Source: Eledone cirrhosa (lineage: Eukaryota). From it: DNA of 64,000 nucleotides. The notes beneath the pieces are model-generated. The model ran no database searches. It had not been told where the DNA came from and saw nothing but the letters and a program-made list of their open reading frames with translations. The position numbers and the translations under genes are program-made. The DNA is taken from contig OZ024741.1 in NCBI GenBank assembly GCA_964016885.1, forward strand, positions 122,698,001 through 122,762,000, in the 5' to 3' direction. This document shows, in pieces, positions 1-13,035 of the stretch (the stretch's first letter is position 1; every line of letters begins with the position of its first letter).

Positions 1-279
1 CAACTGAGTGACGTCTACTGCCAACCCTTCCCCTAAAATATAAACTCGCAAAATATGCTCTCGCGTCCCTCTCTATTCTTCCTTCGTTTTCGATCATTGT
101 CAAAAAAATCTTTACTACCATTTTGGTATATTCCTATCAATCCACTTCCCAACCTCGCAAACTCATGTCCAGCTCACCATTATGGAAAGTTTCACTATTT
201 GTCACCAACTGTGCATCCAACTCCGTATTGCAAACACATTGTAAAACTCCACCCACAAAACTTCCAAAACAATTCACGT

Positions 280-500
280 GCCATACCCCATCCTTTACAC
301 CCAAATATTACCCACAAGAGCTAGCCCATATTCCTTTAAAAATCTTACATCACTACCTATTAATGTAATCTGTCCAGAACTTTCAAAAATTGCAAGAGTG
401 CATCTATTTCTCAAGAAAAGAAGTATACGACCTTGACGAATTCCGATCTATAAGTCGCACTTTCAATATCTAAAAAGCAATGGAATGATTCGTTAAAAAT
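280..500 (+). pseudogene. Degenerate LINE (CR1/L2/Jockey-like) reverse transcriptase N-terminal fragment
   Basis: Manual translation gives ...YPQELAHIPLKIL...DLDEFRSISRTFNI*KAME*, resembling ELA.PL..LF...NYRPISL.S.ISK.ME; several stops. Confidence 0.4.
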
Positions 501-705
501 CTCCGCCTCTAAACTAGAGACCATCATTACTACTATCGTAAAGACAGGCGTACAGGGGACTGGTTCGCTTCGGTCATTCTCATTAGACAATTTGCCATAA
601 AATATTGTTGAGCGTAATATCGAAAATACATTTAATATTGTCTAGTCCGCCAATGTTTTTGATAAGATTTAGCTCGATAGACAGACAGTAAGGTGGATAG
701 ATAGT

Positions 706-920
<215 letters not shown>

Positions 921-1099
921 TGTAGAGGGATAGATATATTCTTTGTTCAAAGATAAGAGATTCGTAGTTAGGGAGCCATTAACAGATGTGTGTTTCAGTC
1001 ATGTCAGCACTATTGTGAAAGAGTTGGATAAGGAGTAAAATATAAAATTACACCTTCCCAATATCGCATGACGTAGTTATTATGGAACTCTTCTGAAAT

Positions 1100-1170
<71 letters not shown>

Positions 1171-1234
1171 TATATATATATATATATATATATAAGGGTT
1201 ATCATATACATAAAATTAAATTAAAAAAATATTA

Positions 1235-1306
<72 letters not shown>

Positions 1307-1910
1307 GTGTGTGTGTGCGCGTGCAGAAAGTACAATAAGTGCGAAGAAAACTGGTGAGAGTCCCAAGGTCAGCACTCGATGCAGATCCGAGTGTATATAA
1401 TAAAAATAAAGTGGAGTTTTTTCTATGGAGATTTATTGCGCAATCCTGCTTACAAATGTTACTCAAGCAGCCGGTTCGTTGTCGTTTGTTGCTGTCGTTT
1501 GTTGCTGTTGTCGTTGTAAGTGTTTTTACTGTAGCTGTTGTTTTAGTTGTAGTCAATAGGGTGATGTTATCAGCACGACTATTGCGACCAGTGTGGACAA
1601 CTTTGGTCGGCGGTTTGATGTTATTGTCATTGTTGTTCTTGTAGTTGTCGTTTTTGTTGTTGTTGTTGTTGTTGTAGTTGTTGTCTATAGGTGGTCGTCA
1701 ACTAAATATATACCCCACCCCCTCAGAGCTCCTTGTCTATTGGGTTTTGTTTGCACACAGTTCTTTGTTCTTTTCGTCTTTTTTCGTTGATAGCGTTTTC
1801 TAACAAACGCGACGGCTGGCAAACCCTTCAAGGAACTCATATGTATGCTGGGCACACAGGCATTAGGACGTGTATTTTCCTGCCAGCGACATATCAAATA
1901 TATCGATTTT

Positions 1911-1996
1911 CATCTGAGGAAACCGTTCTCATAATCAACAGCAAATGCATGAAGGACATCTCGATTGCATGGAGAACCGTGGAAATAATTATTATG
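1911..1996 (+). ncRNA. Type-I hammerhead ribozyme-like motif (PLE pLTR remnant)
   Basis: cat-CTGAGGA-[ac.gttctc...gagaac.gt stem II]-g-GAAAt-aatt-aTT-atg; palindromic stem III; ends near a TA run at about 2040. Confidence 0.5.
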
Positions 1997-2049
1997 ATTA
2001 AACGATATATGTAACCTCAGTATCTTATTTTGTTATTTTTATATATATT

Positions 2050-2078
2050 CTAGCAGAATGGCCCGGCGTTGCTCGGGA
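2050..2078 (-). mobile_element. Helitron-like 3' terminus (GC hairpin plus CTAG)
   Basis: Minus strand reads tcccgagcaacgccgggccattctgCTAG; similar termini at about 16993-17012 and 17521-17550 (+). Confidence 0.35.
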
Positions 2079-2385
2079 TTTGATCTAGGGTTCTTCTATA
2101 TTTGATATATATTTATCCTTCTCGAGCCTCGTGAAGTAAATACGTTTGTTGATATTTTGTTATTGTGTATGCAAAAATATCTGTACACGAATATATAAAT
2201 AACAGTACAGAGAAGTACGGAATACCTCGGCCTCGGGTTGGTGTCTACATTTTGTGCTTATAAAAAAAGTTCGTCGTACATTACCAGGGGTTTTTTCCGT
2301 TCCAAGAAAATCAATACTTTATCGTGAAATAAATACTTTTGTTTATATGTGTATGCAAAAATATCTGTACACGAATATATATATA

Positions 2386-2870
2386 TGCAAATTATTGTTA
2401 TAGGTAGTCCACTTAGATGTAGTTCAGTTAGGGTACTCCGAGTAGTGGATAGTATTAACGCTTGGCTAAGTTTGATTCAACAAGACGTTTCCATAGTGAT
2501 GCTGCGAGTACGCGGTGATTTCTATGTAGTTTAAACCTGGAGTAATAATAAATCAAGAAAGAAGAGTGACATGGTTTGCTATACAATAAGGGCTTTATTC
2601 ACATTGCTGACAATTGTTTCTCTGAACTGGTAGGTCTACAGATCGCTACCCACCTGTTTTTGCGTCAATCGATCACCAATACTTTGTTATAACCAGTCAG
2701 TTCATCGCACGCTCTGATGAACTGACTGGTTATAACAAAGTATTGGTGATCGATTGACGCAAAAACAGGTGGGTAACGATCTCTAGACCTACCAGTTCAA
2801 AGAAACAATTGTCAGCAATGTGAATAAAGCCCTTATTGTATAGCAAACCATGTCACTCTTCTTTCTTGAT
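2386..2870. mobile_element. Fold-back PLE pLTR insertion; palindrome 2552-2870 (about 155-bp arms, 9-nt loop)
   Basis: 2552-2706 is the reverse complement of 2716-2870 with about 3 mismatches; (TA)n on both sides; contains a hammerhead. Confidence 0.85.
2711..2816 (+). ncRNA. Type-I hammerhead ribozyme
   Basis: gct-CTGATGA-[actgactggt...accagttca]-GAAAC-aatt-GTC-agc, followed by AATAAA; intact core and GUC site. Confidence 0.8.
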
Positions 2871-2894
2871 GTATATATATATATATATATATAT

Positions 2895-3010
2895 TAAAAT
2901 AACAGATAAAAAGTTTAAGCAAAGAATCGGTGCTTTCACCCTTAACGGGATCTTCTGAAACTAAAATAATAAATCTGTGAACGCAGAGGTAAATATTTCA
3001 AAATACGTTA
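2895..3010. repeat. About 110-bp direct repeat with 3730-3845; variant hammerhead-like core on the minus strand
   Basis: agcaaagaatcg.tgctttcacccttaacgggatcttctgaaactaaaa occurs twice; minus strand reads cagaaga-tccc-gttaa-ggg-tGAAA. Confidence 0.7.
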
Positions 3011-3260
3011 CACACTATATAAATATATTTATATATATATACACACACACACAGATCCTCCTAAAATCAACAGCAGCAGGAATTAAGTCTGACCCTAGCA
3101 CCAATACCACTACCAACATAAGGGGAGAGGTCAGATGTACTTAACAATAACAAAAACAACGACTACAGATAGCCTCGCCTCAGAAAGGATTTCTATAGAC
3201 TTTTGACTGAGAAATGTTCTCACAACAGACCAATGGGAGGAGAGAATGTGCTTTGATGCT

Positions 3261-3541
3261 GAGCCACTTTTTTAACATAAAAACAGGTAGAATTCCCAAA
3301 ACTAATCAGATCAGAGCAAACAGCACGGACACTCTATCTCAAAATTATTTTTGAAAAGCATTTAGAAATGCGCAACCGGTAAAAACTTAAAAACTTAAAA
3401 CCACAACTGAATACTAACCCATACAATCACTAATACTCTTTTATTCCTAATTAAACCATTTTTGAACTGTGAACAATTTGTCAGCATTTTCTATTCCGTT
3501 TACCAATATATAATAACTTGTGTGTTACACCTCTATTCTTT

Positions 3542-3545
<4 letters not shown>
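3261..3545 (+). mobile_element. Single-arm copy of the element forming the 35-37 kb palindrome
   Basis: Near-identical to 36749-36999 (+) and 34958-35243 (-); ends on (TA)n at 3546. Confidence 0.9.
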
Positions 3546-3640
<95 letters not shown>

Positions 3641-3872
3641 ATAATAAATTTGAAGACTAAAATCCAAAGAGGGCTCGATAAAGATAAATATATATCAATT
3701 ACATAAGAACCGTAGAGCAAATATTTATTAAAATAACAGTTTCAATTTTAAGCAAAGAATCGCTGCTTTCACCCTTAACGGGATCTTCTGAAACTAAAAA
3801 AATCAATCTGTGAACACAGAAGTAAATATTTCGAAAAACGTTGCAACCAAAGGAAGACAGGAAGATGACATT

Positions 3873-4155
3873 TTGGTTCGTGGAAACGTTCCCTGGCAAA
3901 GAACGGAAAAAACCAAGATAATACGTCATTATTCGGAGCGGTGAAAACAATTACACGCAAAGACAAAACCACGTTTATGGTCTAAAAGAAATCGTAGACT
4001 AATATTCAATTAGGTGGTTCGTGGAGACGTTCTCTGGCAATGAACGGAAAAAACGAAGATTATACGTCATTATGTAGAGCGGTGAGAACAATTACACGCA
4101 AAGACCAAACGACGCTTATGGTATAACTGAAGTCGTAGACTAAAATTCTATATAG
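3873..4155. repeat. Two diverged tandem copies of a roughly 142-bp unit
   Basis: tggttcgtgga.acgtt...tacgtcatta...caattacacgcaaagac...tcgtagactaa.attc appears twice. Confidence 0.85.
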
Positions 4156-4862
4156 GAAACCGAATGAATCTCGGCTTCACAGTTAAAAATAATGTCAATA
4201 AATTATAGAGGTAATTGAAATTAAATATATACATGCACGCATCCATATACGTACATACACATGCATACGCGAAAACACCTGCCATGGGTATGCAAAAACA
4301 AGCACGTACACAAAGAAAACACACGCACGCACATACAGAACCCACGCCACGCCTGTACTCGCACACATACGAACGTATACACCAAATACACATAAAAATA
4401 TATATAAAAAAAATATATATATATGAGTGTGCGTGCGTATATACATATAATTATATAAACGTATATAAATATACACACATAAATACGTATATAACGCGCG
4501 CACACACATACCTACGTGTAAATAAACATATGTTCGCAGAAGCACGTCAACCAAAACACAAAGTACACATATACACACATCTTACATACGTACGAACCCA
4601 CATACTCACACAGACGCAAAACTCCTGTATACATATAACCATATGCACATGTACCAGTATATATAATATATTATATACGCCTATAACATATACAAGCAAA
4701 CAAACGTACGAGAAAGTATACGTACCCTCACAAAACATACAGGTAATATATACTTACCTATACAAATAAGTAATGGTATACACATAACATATACTTAGCT
4801 ACCACATCAAGCCGTAACATATCCACGCATAGTTCGTACTATCTATTAGGGTATAATGTATA

Positions 4863-5284
4863 GGTAAGGCTAGATCGTATAACGGAAATAAAAGACCATG
4901 TGACCTCTGCGCCGTTGAAGCACTGGAAATACTCTACGCCAAAGACCACATCTTAAACAAAGAATCTGAGGCAATTTCGGCTTGTAAACATAAATTGCAC
5001 ACAACTTTCCTGTATTACAGCCCCACATTATACTCCAGATTGAGTAGCTCGAACAATCTATAATATTTTGAATAACATGAATCATTTATTCTGAGCTTCC
5101 ACAGTTATCTCCCGCACATCGATCTATTGTGGGTTTACCTCCCCCAGGAGAAGTGACTGTTTCTGCATATGCGTATTCGTACAGTTGATCTTCCTTTTCC
5201 GCACAATTTCATTCAGACGGAGCTGATGATCCGAATAAGGTGAAACAATTGTGCTGGGTAACGGTGAACTAACTGTTCTGGAAC

Positions 5285-5290
<6 letters not shown>
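4863..5290 (+). mobile_element. 5'-truncated Naiad-type PLE: endonuclease C-terminus plus pLTR with hammerhead (about 5220-5256)
   Basis: Manual translation GKARSYNGNKRPCDLCAVEALEILYAKDHILNKESEAISACKHK; CTGATGA-tcc-gaataa-gg-tGAAAC-aatt-GT; pLTR homologous to 28140-28335; ends on (CT)n(AT)n. Confidence 0.8.
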
Positions 5291-5379
<89 letters not shown>

Positions 5380-5642
5380 ACGCGCGCGCATGTGTATGTG
5401 TTCGAAGAACTCGATGGTGCTAAAGGATTCGTCTCTCATGTTATGTTCTATTCCAGATTTAAGGTGGCTGTAGTGTGTAAAGTGTAAATAAAAGTAAGTA
5501 GGATGGAAGTCACTGATGCAGCATTCCACAATCGTCTCAATATGAAACGATTGTAATATGACAATAAAGTTTATGTATATGCTGCAACAATGTCTTCTAT
5601 CGTACTTAAATATTCATATATATATATATGAATATTTAAGTA

Positions 5643-5732
<90 letters not shown>

Positions 5733-5738
<6 letters not shown>

Positions 5739-6031
5739 ATACTTTGGGAGGGTCATGTTGCCAATAAGAAACGCACGCACCAGCTGCTTTCACGTCAATT
5801 TATTATAATAAATTTATAAATTTAGGAATTTATAAATTTCCGGTTGGTTGGTTGGTTCCACAACCAGATGGTTGTTTATATATTGTCAAAGTTCTTTCGT
5901 CACACATTCTGTGACCTCTTCAGTGACTAGGGTTTCTTATTGGCAACATGACCCTCCCAAAGTATAACAATATCGGTTTCAACACACGTTTTCAGATAAA
6001 GAATCTTGCTAAACAAATTCAGAAACGAAAT
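5733..6031. mobile_element. Fold-back PLE terminus with 40-bp inverted repeat (5733-5772 / 5932-5971)
   Basis: attgttatactttgggagggtcatgttgccaataagaaac and its reverse complement; relatives at 7102-7252, 19421-19455, 39563-39780. Confidence 0.85.
5885..5927 (-). ncRNA. Minimal type-I hammerhead ribozyme
   Basis: gtca-CTGAAGA-g-gtcaca-gaatg-tgtgac-GAAAg-aa-cTT-tgac. Confidence 0.75.
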
Positions 6032-6544
6032 ATATATAAATAGTTTCTAGGCAATTGTTTCAAATTGATAGAAAATTATGCGCACAACCAGACATAACAT
6101 TACACATACACTCACCCCCGCCCATATATATATATATATATAAACACAGCTGTGTGTTTGCCTGTAGGTGTGTGTATTCTTGTGTATACATCTACATGTT
6201 CATGCACACACGCACAAACATACACACACGTATATTCTGGACGTAGACAGGTAAACAATGGAATTTAAATTGAAGAGACAAATACAAAATATAAACACAT
6301 TTGCAAACAGTTTTTACCTATATTCGTCGAAAAAAGAGAAAGATAGAATATATTTGATGATATTTCGTTAAATGACTATAAAAGAAAAATAATCTTAAAA
6401 TAAAGAGTAGATTTTAAACAATTTGTTTGCTTCCATTAATTCAATAGATTTTCATCTTTCTCTCTGTTTTCCTCCTATTTATTTATCTGCGCTTTTTATG
6501 ATATATATATAGTACAAATCCATTCTATATATATATATATATAT

Positions 6545-6656
<112 letters not shown>

Positions 6657-6659
6657 GCG

Positions 6660-6716
<57 letters not shown>

Positions 6717-6888
6717 AATAAAACAAGGACGAGTGGTTACTCCTTCATTACGTTTATTGGTTGGTGACACGTGTTTCGCCACCAATCTGCTCAAAATTCG
6801 ATCTGTATCGATCTAGCCCGACACTGTAATCCACGGCTCGTCAGACCCCTTTTAGTAACTTACAGTAACTCCACGTTACACTCCATGG

Positions 6889-6922
<34 letters not shown>

Positions 6923-7037
6923 ATATATACATATATAACAAAGAACAAAGAGGGTATGGTAAGATACCAGGTAGGAAAAGAGTCAGGACCCCGGCGGCTG
7001 AGCTCCGGCCGTTTCGACAGCTAGATCCGTACTATAT

Positions 7038-7101
<64 letters not shown>

Positions 7102-7103
<2 letters not shown>

Positions 7104-7252
7104 TGTTATACTTTATGCTGCCAATAAAAACACACGTAGCTGTTTGTTTTCACTTCAATTTATTACAAATTGTTGGCTGGTTCAATAACCGGATGGTTGC
7201 CTATGTATTGTCAAAGCTCTTTCGTTACACATTATGTGACCTCCTCAGTGAC
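7102..7252 (-). mobile_element. Second copy of the 5733 family with hammerhead (7210-7252)
   Basis: gtca-CTGAGGA-g-gtcaca-taatg-tgtaac-GAAAg-ag-cTT-tgac; abuts (TA)n. Confidence 0.8.
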
Positions 7253-7269
7253 TGAATTGTTATTTGCAG

Positions 7270-7545
7270 AGAAGAAAGTATAAATGAACACTACCCAGGA
7301 CTCCAGAATGGGAAAAATTCATCAGTACTGCACCAACATAAAGAAATGGAAAATGGTGGAGGGTGGTGGTGTGGGGGGTGGGGGGGGGTGCACAATAGGT
7401 AAGATAGAGATAAAAGTTATATCCACTCACACAGAAAAGACGCAATTCTCCGACAAATCACAGAAGCGACAAACATAAACGAGCTCCAACCAAAATTAAA
7501 CAGAAAACATGAATGGAATAGCAGCAACATCACAACTGCTAATTA
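7270..7545 (+). pseudogene. PLE (Neptune-like) GIY-YIG endonuclease C-terminal fragment
   Basis: Manual translation INEHYPGLQNGKNSSVLHQH...RKDAILRQITEATNINELQPKLNRKHEW. Confidence 0.7.
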
Positions 7546-7770
7546 AGGACAAGATGAAGATATACAAACACACACAAGAACCAAACTAATAAAGCAAACC
7601 AGACACGCACAGATAGAACAATCAACAAACTAATAACAAGCAAATAAATATATAAATAAACACACACACACCCATATAAAGCGCATGCGTAAACCAAGTA
7701 CACAGCACACAACACACACAAACAAGATGGTGTAAGAGAGAACAACGGAGAGACACAACATAACAAATCA

Positions 7771-7916
7771 GTGCTCTTGGAATGTTGGGTGGTTCAAAAT
7801 TGGTGGGGTTCCCAAACGCTTTTTGGCGTTCTTCCCTCTTATTGGGGAATTTGTATTGTTATAATTATAGCATTTATTGTTATATTGTTTACTCGATTTT
7901 TCTCTCAACCCCCACT
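7771..7916 (+). mobile_element. Tx1/L1-clade LINE 3'UTR fragment
   Basis: Similar to 60960-61130 (gggtggttcaa.attgg...tattggggaattt...aacccccact). Confidence 0.65.
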
Positions 7917-8039
7917 GAATTCAAATCCCGCCGAGGTTAACTTTGCCTTTCATCTTTACGGGGTCGATAAAATAAAGTACCAGTAATGCACTGGGTATTG
8001 GCTGGCCTTGTGCCAAAAGTAGAAACAATTATTATTATT
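7917..8039 (+). mobile_element. 5'-truncated tRNA-type SINE with (ATT)n tail
   Basis: ttcaaatcccgccgagg...tttgcctttcatc...ggggtcgataaaataaagtaccag...ggccttgtgccaaaagtagaaac; matches the full copy at 38815. Confidence 0.85.
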
Positions 8040-11000
8040 ATGGGCCTAGTCTATGTATATGCCTGTAAACTGAAGGTGGAAAACTGGGAGAGGGCACGAC
8101 ATATTGGGGAAAATCCAGGCGTCGACGAAAATCAACTAGCCAATCTCTTCGGAAGAACTTTCGGGCCGGGGCCTATGGACAACTTCCAGAAATCCCTGGC
8201 CTGGCAGAGCTACCGAGGAGCTTTGCCAGTTCGGGATAAACTCTACACACATGGAGGTGCCGTCAGCCGGGCATATCCGAGATGCGCGCAGGGCGACGAA
8301 ACCGTCCTGCACACACTCGTCCAGTGTCCGAGCATTGCAGACTTGTGGGTTTATGTCGAACACCTGCTGTCACGTCTAGGACGGATCCAGCTATCAGCTG
8401 AGTCCATCGTGAAGGTTGCCCCGTCCTCTCCCTTTAGCCGGGAAGGGCAGGCAGTTTTTATCTGTCTGGTGGTCATGGCGAAAGAGATAGTATGGTGGAC
8501 ACGTTTGAAAGGGCTGAAGACGACCACTTATCTCTTCGGTGATGCCTTGATTAACTTTTTCAAATTTCATTTGAAAAGGAAAATCAGGGTAGAGAGGGAA
8601 GTGCTCTCTTCCCAGCATTTTCCCATCAGCGAGACCAGAATCTCCGAAGCACGGGCCTTCGCACCGATCTTCGGCGGCTACGACGTGTACGCATCTCCCA
8701 GCCGTCCTGGATCGGGGAGAGGAGTTGCTGTGCTTTTTCGGAGAGGTTTGGATCTCGCCATACGGGCCATCTTCCTGGACCCAGAGGGTAAGCTGGTGGT
8801 GCTGGACGTGACCAGCGGAGACGGGCAAGCTTTCAGGCTAGTGGCCGTCTATGCCCCGACGGGAGCAGGGCGGCCTGATTTCTTCCGGCGTCTGGAGACC
8901 TTTCTTGGAACGTCTCGCTCTTTAGTGTTAGTGGGCGACTGTAACGGGATCTTAGATGCACGCTGGGATTGTGTGGGATTAGTGGATAGGGAAGGAGGGT
9001 GCAAGAGTCTCACCAACCTGCTCAGACGTTTTGAACTGTCTGACAGGTACCGAATGGATTTCCCGAATGTACCAATGTGGACTTGGACAAATCGCATAGG
9101 GTCATCCAGATCATATCTAGATAGAGTATTTTGTAGGGAAATAGATAGGTCTAGCATACGCTGTCCACAATTCAAGATAGTCAGCTACACGGACCACAAA
9201 TTCGTGATCTGTGTGCTTGACTTAGATAGGCTTCATAGACGAGGACCCGACTACTGGAAGCTAAACGCGACCTTACCGGCGCGCAAGGCCTACAGAGACA
9301 GGATTAGCGAACTAGTTAAGCGCGCGTTGACGGGGGCCATCGTCAACAACAAGTGGTGGTTTGCTCTGAAAAGAGCGATTAGAATAGAATCGATTAGGTT
9401 TAGTAAGGCTTTAGCAATAGAGAAAAATAGAACAGAGGGAGAACTAGTTAGAAAATTAGACGAGGCGCTTAGCAAAGGCATTGCGACCGACGTGCTTGCG
9501 GCGAAATTGGCCCTTGACCAATTCTTCAATGCAAAGCACGAAGGCTGCGTTGTCAGAGCAAGGGTGCGTGCTCTCAGACACGAGGGGACGAAAGCCGTTC
9601 AATGGGCCCGAGTGGCGGAGGCGCGTTGTGGCAACAAAGCCACGATCCGGTCTTTGGTGGACCACGACGGGCGCATGCTACTCGATCCCGGGCAAATGTG
9701 TGAAGCTTTTCAGCGACACTTCGATCAGCTGTTCGGGGGCAGCGGTGGGCCGGGTCGAGGGATGGACTTTAGTGTCTACCTCGACGGACTGCCGCGGCTC
9801 TCGGCCACTGAGGCGAAGTGTTACGAAAAGCCGATAACAACCGCTGAAGTAAGGGAGGCAATGACTGGCAGCACAAGGGGTAAATCGCCTGGTTTGGATG
9901 GTCTACCCTATGAACTTTACGTACAGATGCCAGACTTGTTCGGAGGCCTCTTGGCGGACGTCTACTGCAACTGGCAACAGAACGGGAGAATTCCCAGTTC
10001 TGTGAGCCGAGGAGAGGTGGCACTGCTGAGAAAGGATCCGAACAAGGGGGATAACATAGATAATTTCCGGCCCATAACTCTGCTAAACACAGAGTTCAAG
10101 AATTTGGCCAAGGTGCTAGCAAAGAGGTTGGCGCTTGTTGTTGGTGGTCTGGTGGGAGAGGCGCAGACATGCGCCATTCCCGACAGATCCATCCACGACA
10201 ACCTCCACCTCATGCGATACATCGTAGAGAGGGTAGCTAGGGAACCTGGCACGGGTGGGTTCTTGATCAATTTAGATCAGTCGAAAGCTTTCGATAGGGT
10301 CGACCATCGTTACCTAGCGGCAGTCCTGAGGGCGGCTGGCTTTGAACCCGTCTTCAGAGGCTGGATCGCTGCCATGCACAGCGACATCTGCTCTGTGGTG
10401 AGAGTGAACGGTCACCTGTCGGAACCGTTCAACATCATGCGCTCGGTCCGCCAAGGATGTCCCCTCTCGTCCCTCTTGTACGTATTGACTCTCGAGCCAT
10501 TACTGCACAAACTGGAGACGTTGAGGGGCGTCCCGCGCGAACTAGGATGCGGAAGATCCGTGTCAGCATATGCGGACGATGTCACCGTAGTGGTGTCGAA
10601 CGCCAAACACATCGAGGCGATCGGCACTACACTAAGAGAATACGAAGCGGTGACAGGAGCAATGATCAACCAGTAAAAGTCAGTGGGCCTGCAGCTCGGC
10701 ACCTGGAGAGGCAGGTCCATGCCGTCCAACAGCGTCGTCGGACGCTGGACGGACGGACCGGTTAAATTGCTAGTGGTCTGGTTCGGTCCTGACCTCCAGA
10801 CGGACAAAAACTGGGACGAGGTGACGAGAAGGGTGGCTTCTCTCACCCAGAAATGGCCGGAGAGGAAGCTATCCCTGAAAGGTCGAGCGGAGGTGGCTAA
10901 CGCGTACATCGCGTCTGTCATCTGCTACAGCCTGACCGTCGTACCTTGTCCTAAGCTTCGCCTGACTGCGCAGGAGCGTTTGCTCTTTCGCTTTTTGTGG

Positions 11001-11936
11001 AAGGGACGCGCTCCGATGGTCAGGCGTTCCATCTGTTGTCAACACCCGCTACGTGGAGGGCTGGGCATGCCGTGGCTGATGATGCGCAGGCACGCGCTCA
11101 GGCTACGACATCTCCACCTCTTCCTCGACGGTGATCAGGTGTGGTCGCCGTTTGCTAGACACGTATTTCCCCAGCTCGTTTCCTTGACGGAGCTGCAGTC
11201 CTGGGTCAAGCAAAGACCGAGAGGGCGCGCCTGGAGACTGGAATGTCTTCAGGCGCTCACAGCCCTCGACCAATCGGGCAATGTGATCGGTGGAAACTCC
11301 ACCTCGGCGTTCTATAGAGGATTAGTGGAGGGGAAGAGCGACGACGTACTTGGTGAAACTCTAGGCGTCGACGAAAATCAACTAGCCAATCTCTTCGGAA
11401 GAACTTTCGGGCCAGGGCCTATGGACAACTTCCAGAAATCTCTGGCCTGGCAGTGCTACCGAGGGGCCTTGCCAGTTCGGGATAAACTCTACAGGCATGG
11501 AGGTGCCGTCAGCCGGGCATGTCCGAGATGCGCGCAGGGCGACGAAACCGTCCTGCACGCACTCGTCCAGTGTCCGAAAATTGCTGACTTGTGGGTTTAT
11601 GTCGAACACCTGCTGTCGCGTTTAGGACGGATCCGGCTATCATCTGAGTCCATCGTGAGGATTGCCCCGCCCTCCTCCTTTAGCCGGGAAGGGCAGGCAG
11701 TTTTTATCTGTTTGGTGGCCATGGCGAAAGATATAGTATGGTGGACACGTTTGAAAGGGCTGAAGACGAGCACTTACCTCTTCGGTGATGCTCTGATTGC
11801 CTTTTTCAAATTTCATTTGAAAAGGAAAATCAGAGTAGAGAGGGAAGTGCTCTCTTCCCAGCATTTTGTTGAAAGATCGGTGAGAGAAGCAAGAATGGCC
11901 CGAGTGAATGGGCCTACTCTGAGTATATATCTGTAA
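7986..11936 (+). pseudogene. Tx1-like ORF2 (APE endonuclease, reverse transcriptase, zinc finger) in one frame broken by a single TAA at 10674-10676
   Basis: ISETR, VYAP, GDxN, YLDR, TDH, WKLN, KSPGLDG, FRPITLLN, DQSKAFDRVDH, RQGCPLS, YADD, CPRC..ET.LH.L.QC; ORFs 7986..10676 and 10683..11936 share a frame. Confidence 0.92.
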
Positions 11937-12184
11937 ATTAAAGGTGGAAAACTGGGAGAGGGCACTTGCCTTGGTGGTCAGGGTCATTGTGACCTTTTAC
12001 TGGGCTTTCTCCACAAATGTCCCTCCGAAGTCTCCCTCTATTGGGGAATTTTTCATTGTTAATTTTTGTTACATCCTCTGTTTTTGTTTTTTACACGCAG
12101 AAATCCCCATTTGTACCGTCCTGTATTGTCCTGCACTGTCTTTAATGTCTACTTTATGTAAACCCTTGTGGTTAATAAAGAAAT
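8040..12184 (+). mobile_element. Young Tx1/L1-clade LINE with rearranged 5' end, 3'UTR and (ATT)n tail
   Basis: APE, RT and C-terminal CCHC domain; 3' end cccttgtggttAATAAAgaaatc(att)n; 8040-8097 and 8098-8621 duplicate 11908-11965 and 11343-11867. Confidence 0.93.
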
Positions 12185-12216
12185 CATTATTATTATTATT
12201 ATTATTGTTATTGTTA

Positions 12217-12576
12217 TTCCTTGAATCTCAGTCATTGATGTTGGTTAACTGGAAAGTCCGTTGGATTGAATATCAAGCCACTACCTGCAGCCTCAGATAT
12301 TCAGGACGTATCGGAGGGTTCTTGCTGTTCCAAGCAAGCATGCCTTTTGAAGCGTTCCAAAAAGCGTGAAGGGGCCGATTTTCTTTAACCATCCCTGGAA
12401 ACTTTTGGAGATAGTCCCCAGTGCGCCTATGACAATCGGGATCACTTTGACTTCATGGCAGTTCCAAATCCTTTTCACCTCCCACTTTAGGTCCTGGTAT
12501 CGGTTAATTTTCTCCCTCTCCTTCTCTTGCACTCTCGTGTCGAACGGGCAGGCCACATCCACAATCAGGCACGATC

Positions 12577-12585
<9 letters not shown>
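12217..12585 (-). mobile_element. R4/Dong-like RLE non-LTR retrotransposon 3' fragment in (TAA)n
   Basis: CLIVDVACPFD..EKEREKINRYQDL..VIPIVIGALG..LQKACLLGTARTLR; ATT repeats on both sides; relative at 48020-48350. Confidence 0.88.
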
Positions 12586-12635
<50 letters not shown>

Positions 12636-13035
12636 GGATTATATGCACTATGGTTAAGCTTATACCATTTTGTTAGCAAATAAATATTTCATATGTGTTC
12701 ATTTGGGAATGTGTATGCTTATCAATATTAAGCGTCCTGACAGTAGGAGGTGTTAAATTTATAATTGTAGGTGTTAACAATTTTAGTCCGTTTAGTAAAC
12801 ATATAATACACACCCTCACACATATATCTATATACTTACACACATACACACAAAGATATATTCATATATATATATACACACACATGTATCTACATATACA
12901 CATATATCTATATATAAACATATTTATGTATACATATATGTACACACACACACACACACACAAGCACATACACACACATACGTATATACATTCACACATA
13001 CAAAGACACATATGTACCCTTTATATGCAAATATG

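Noticed and set aside
5733-5971. TIR-bearing MITE interpretation
   Set aside because: Arms are asymmetric with a shared tail, the fold-back point varies between copies, and a hammerhead is inside. Disfavoured but not fully excluded.
6763-7030. Half hammerhead motifs (GAAAC-acgt-GTC at 6763-6780; gaaacggc at about 7010, 15735 and 37147)
   Set aside because: The CUGANGA core is absent or mutated, so they are not counted as ribozymes.
8098-11867. About 520-bp direct repeats flanking an RT as LTRs
   Set aside because: The repeat is ORF2 coding sequence with no TG..CA ends, PBS or integrase; the RT is non-LTR with APE.
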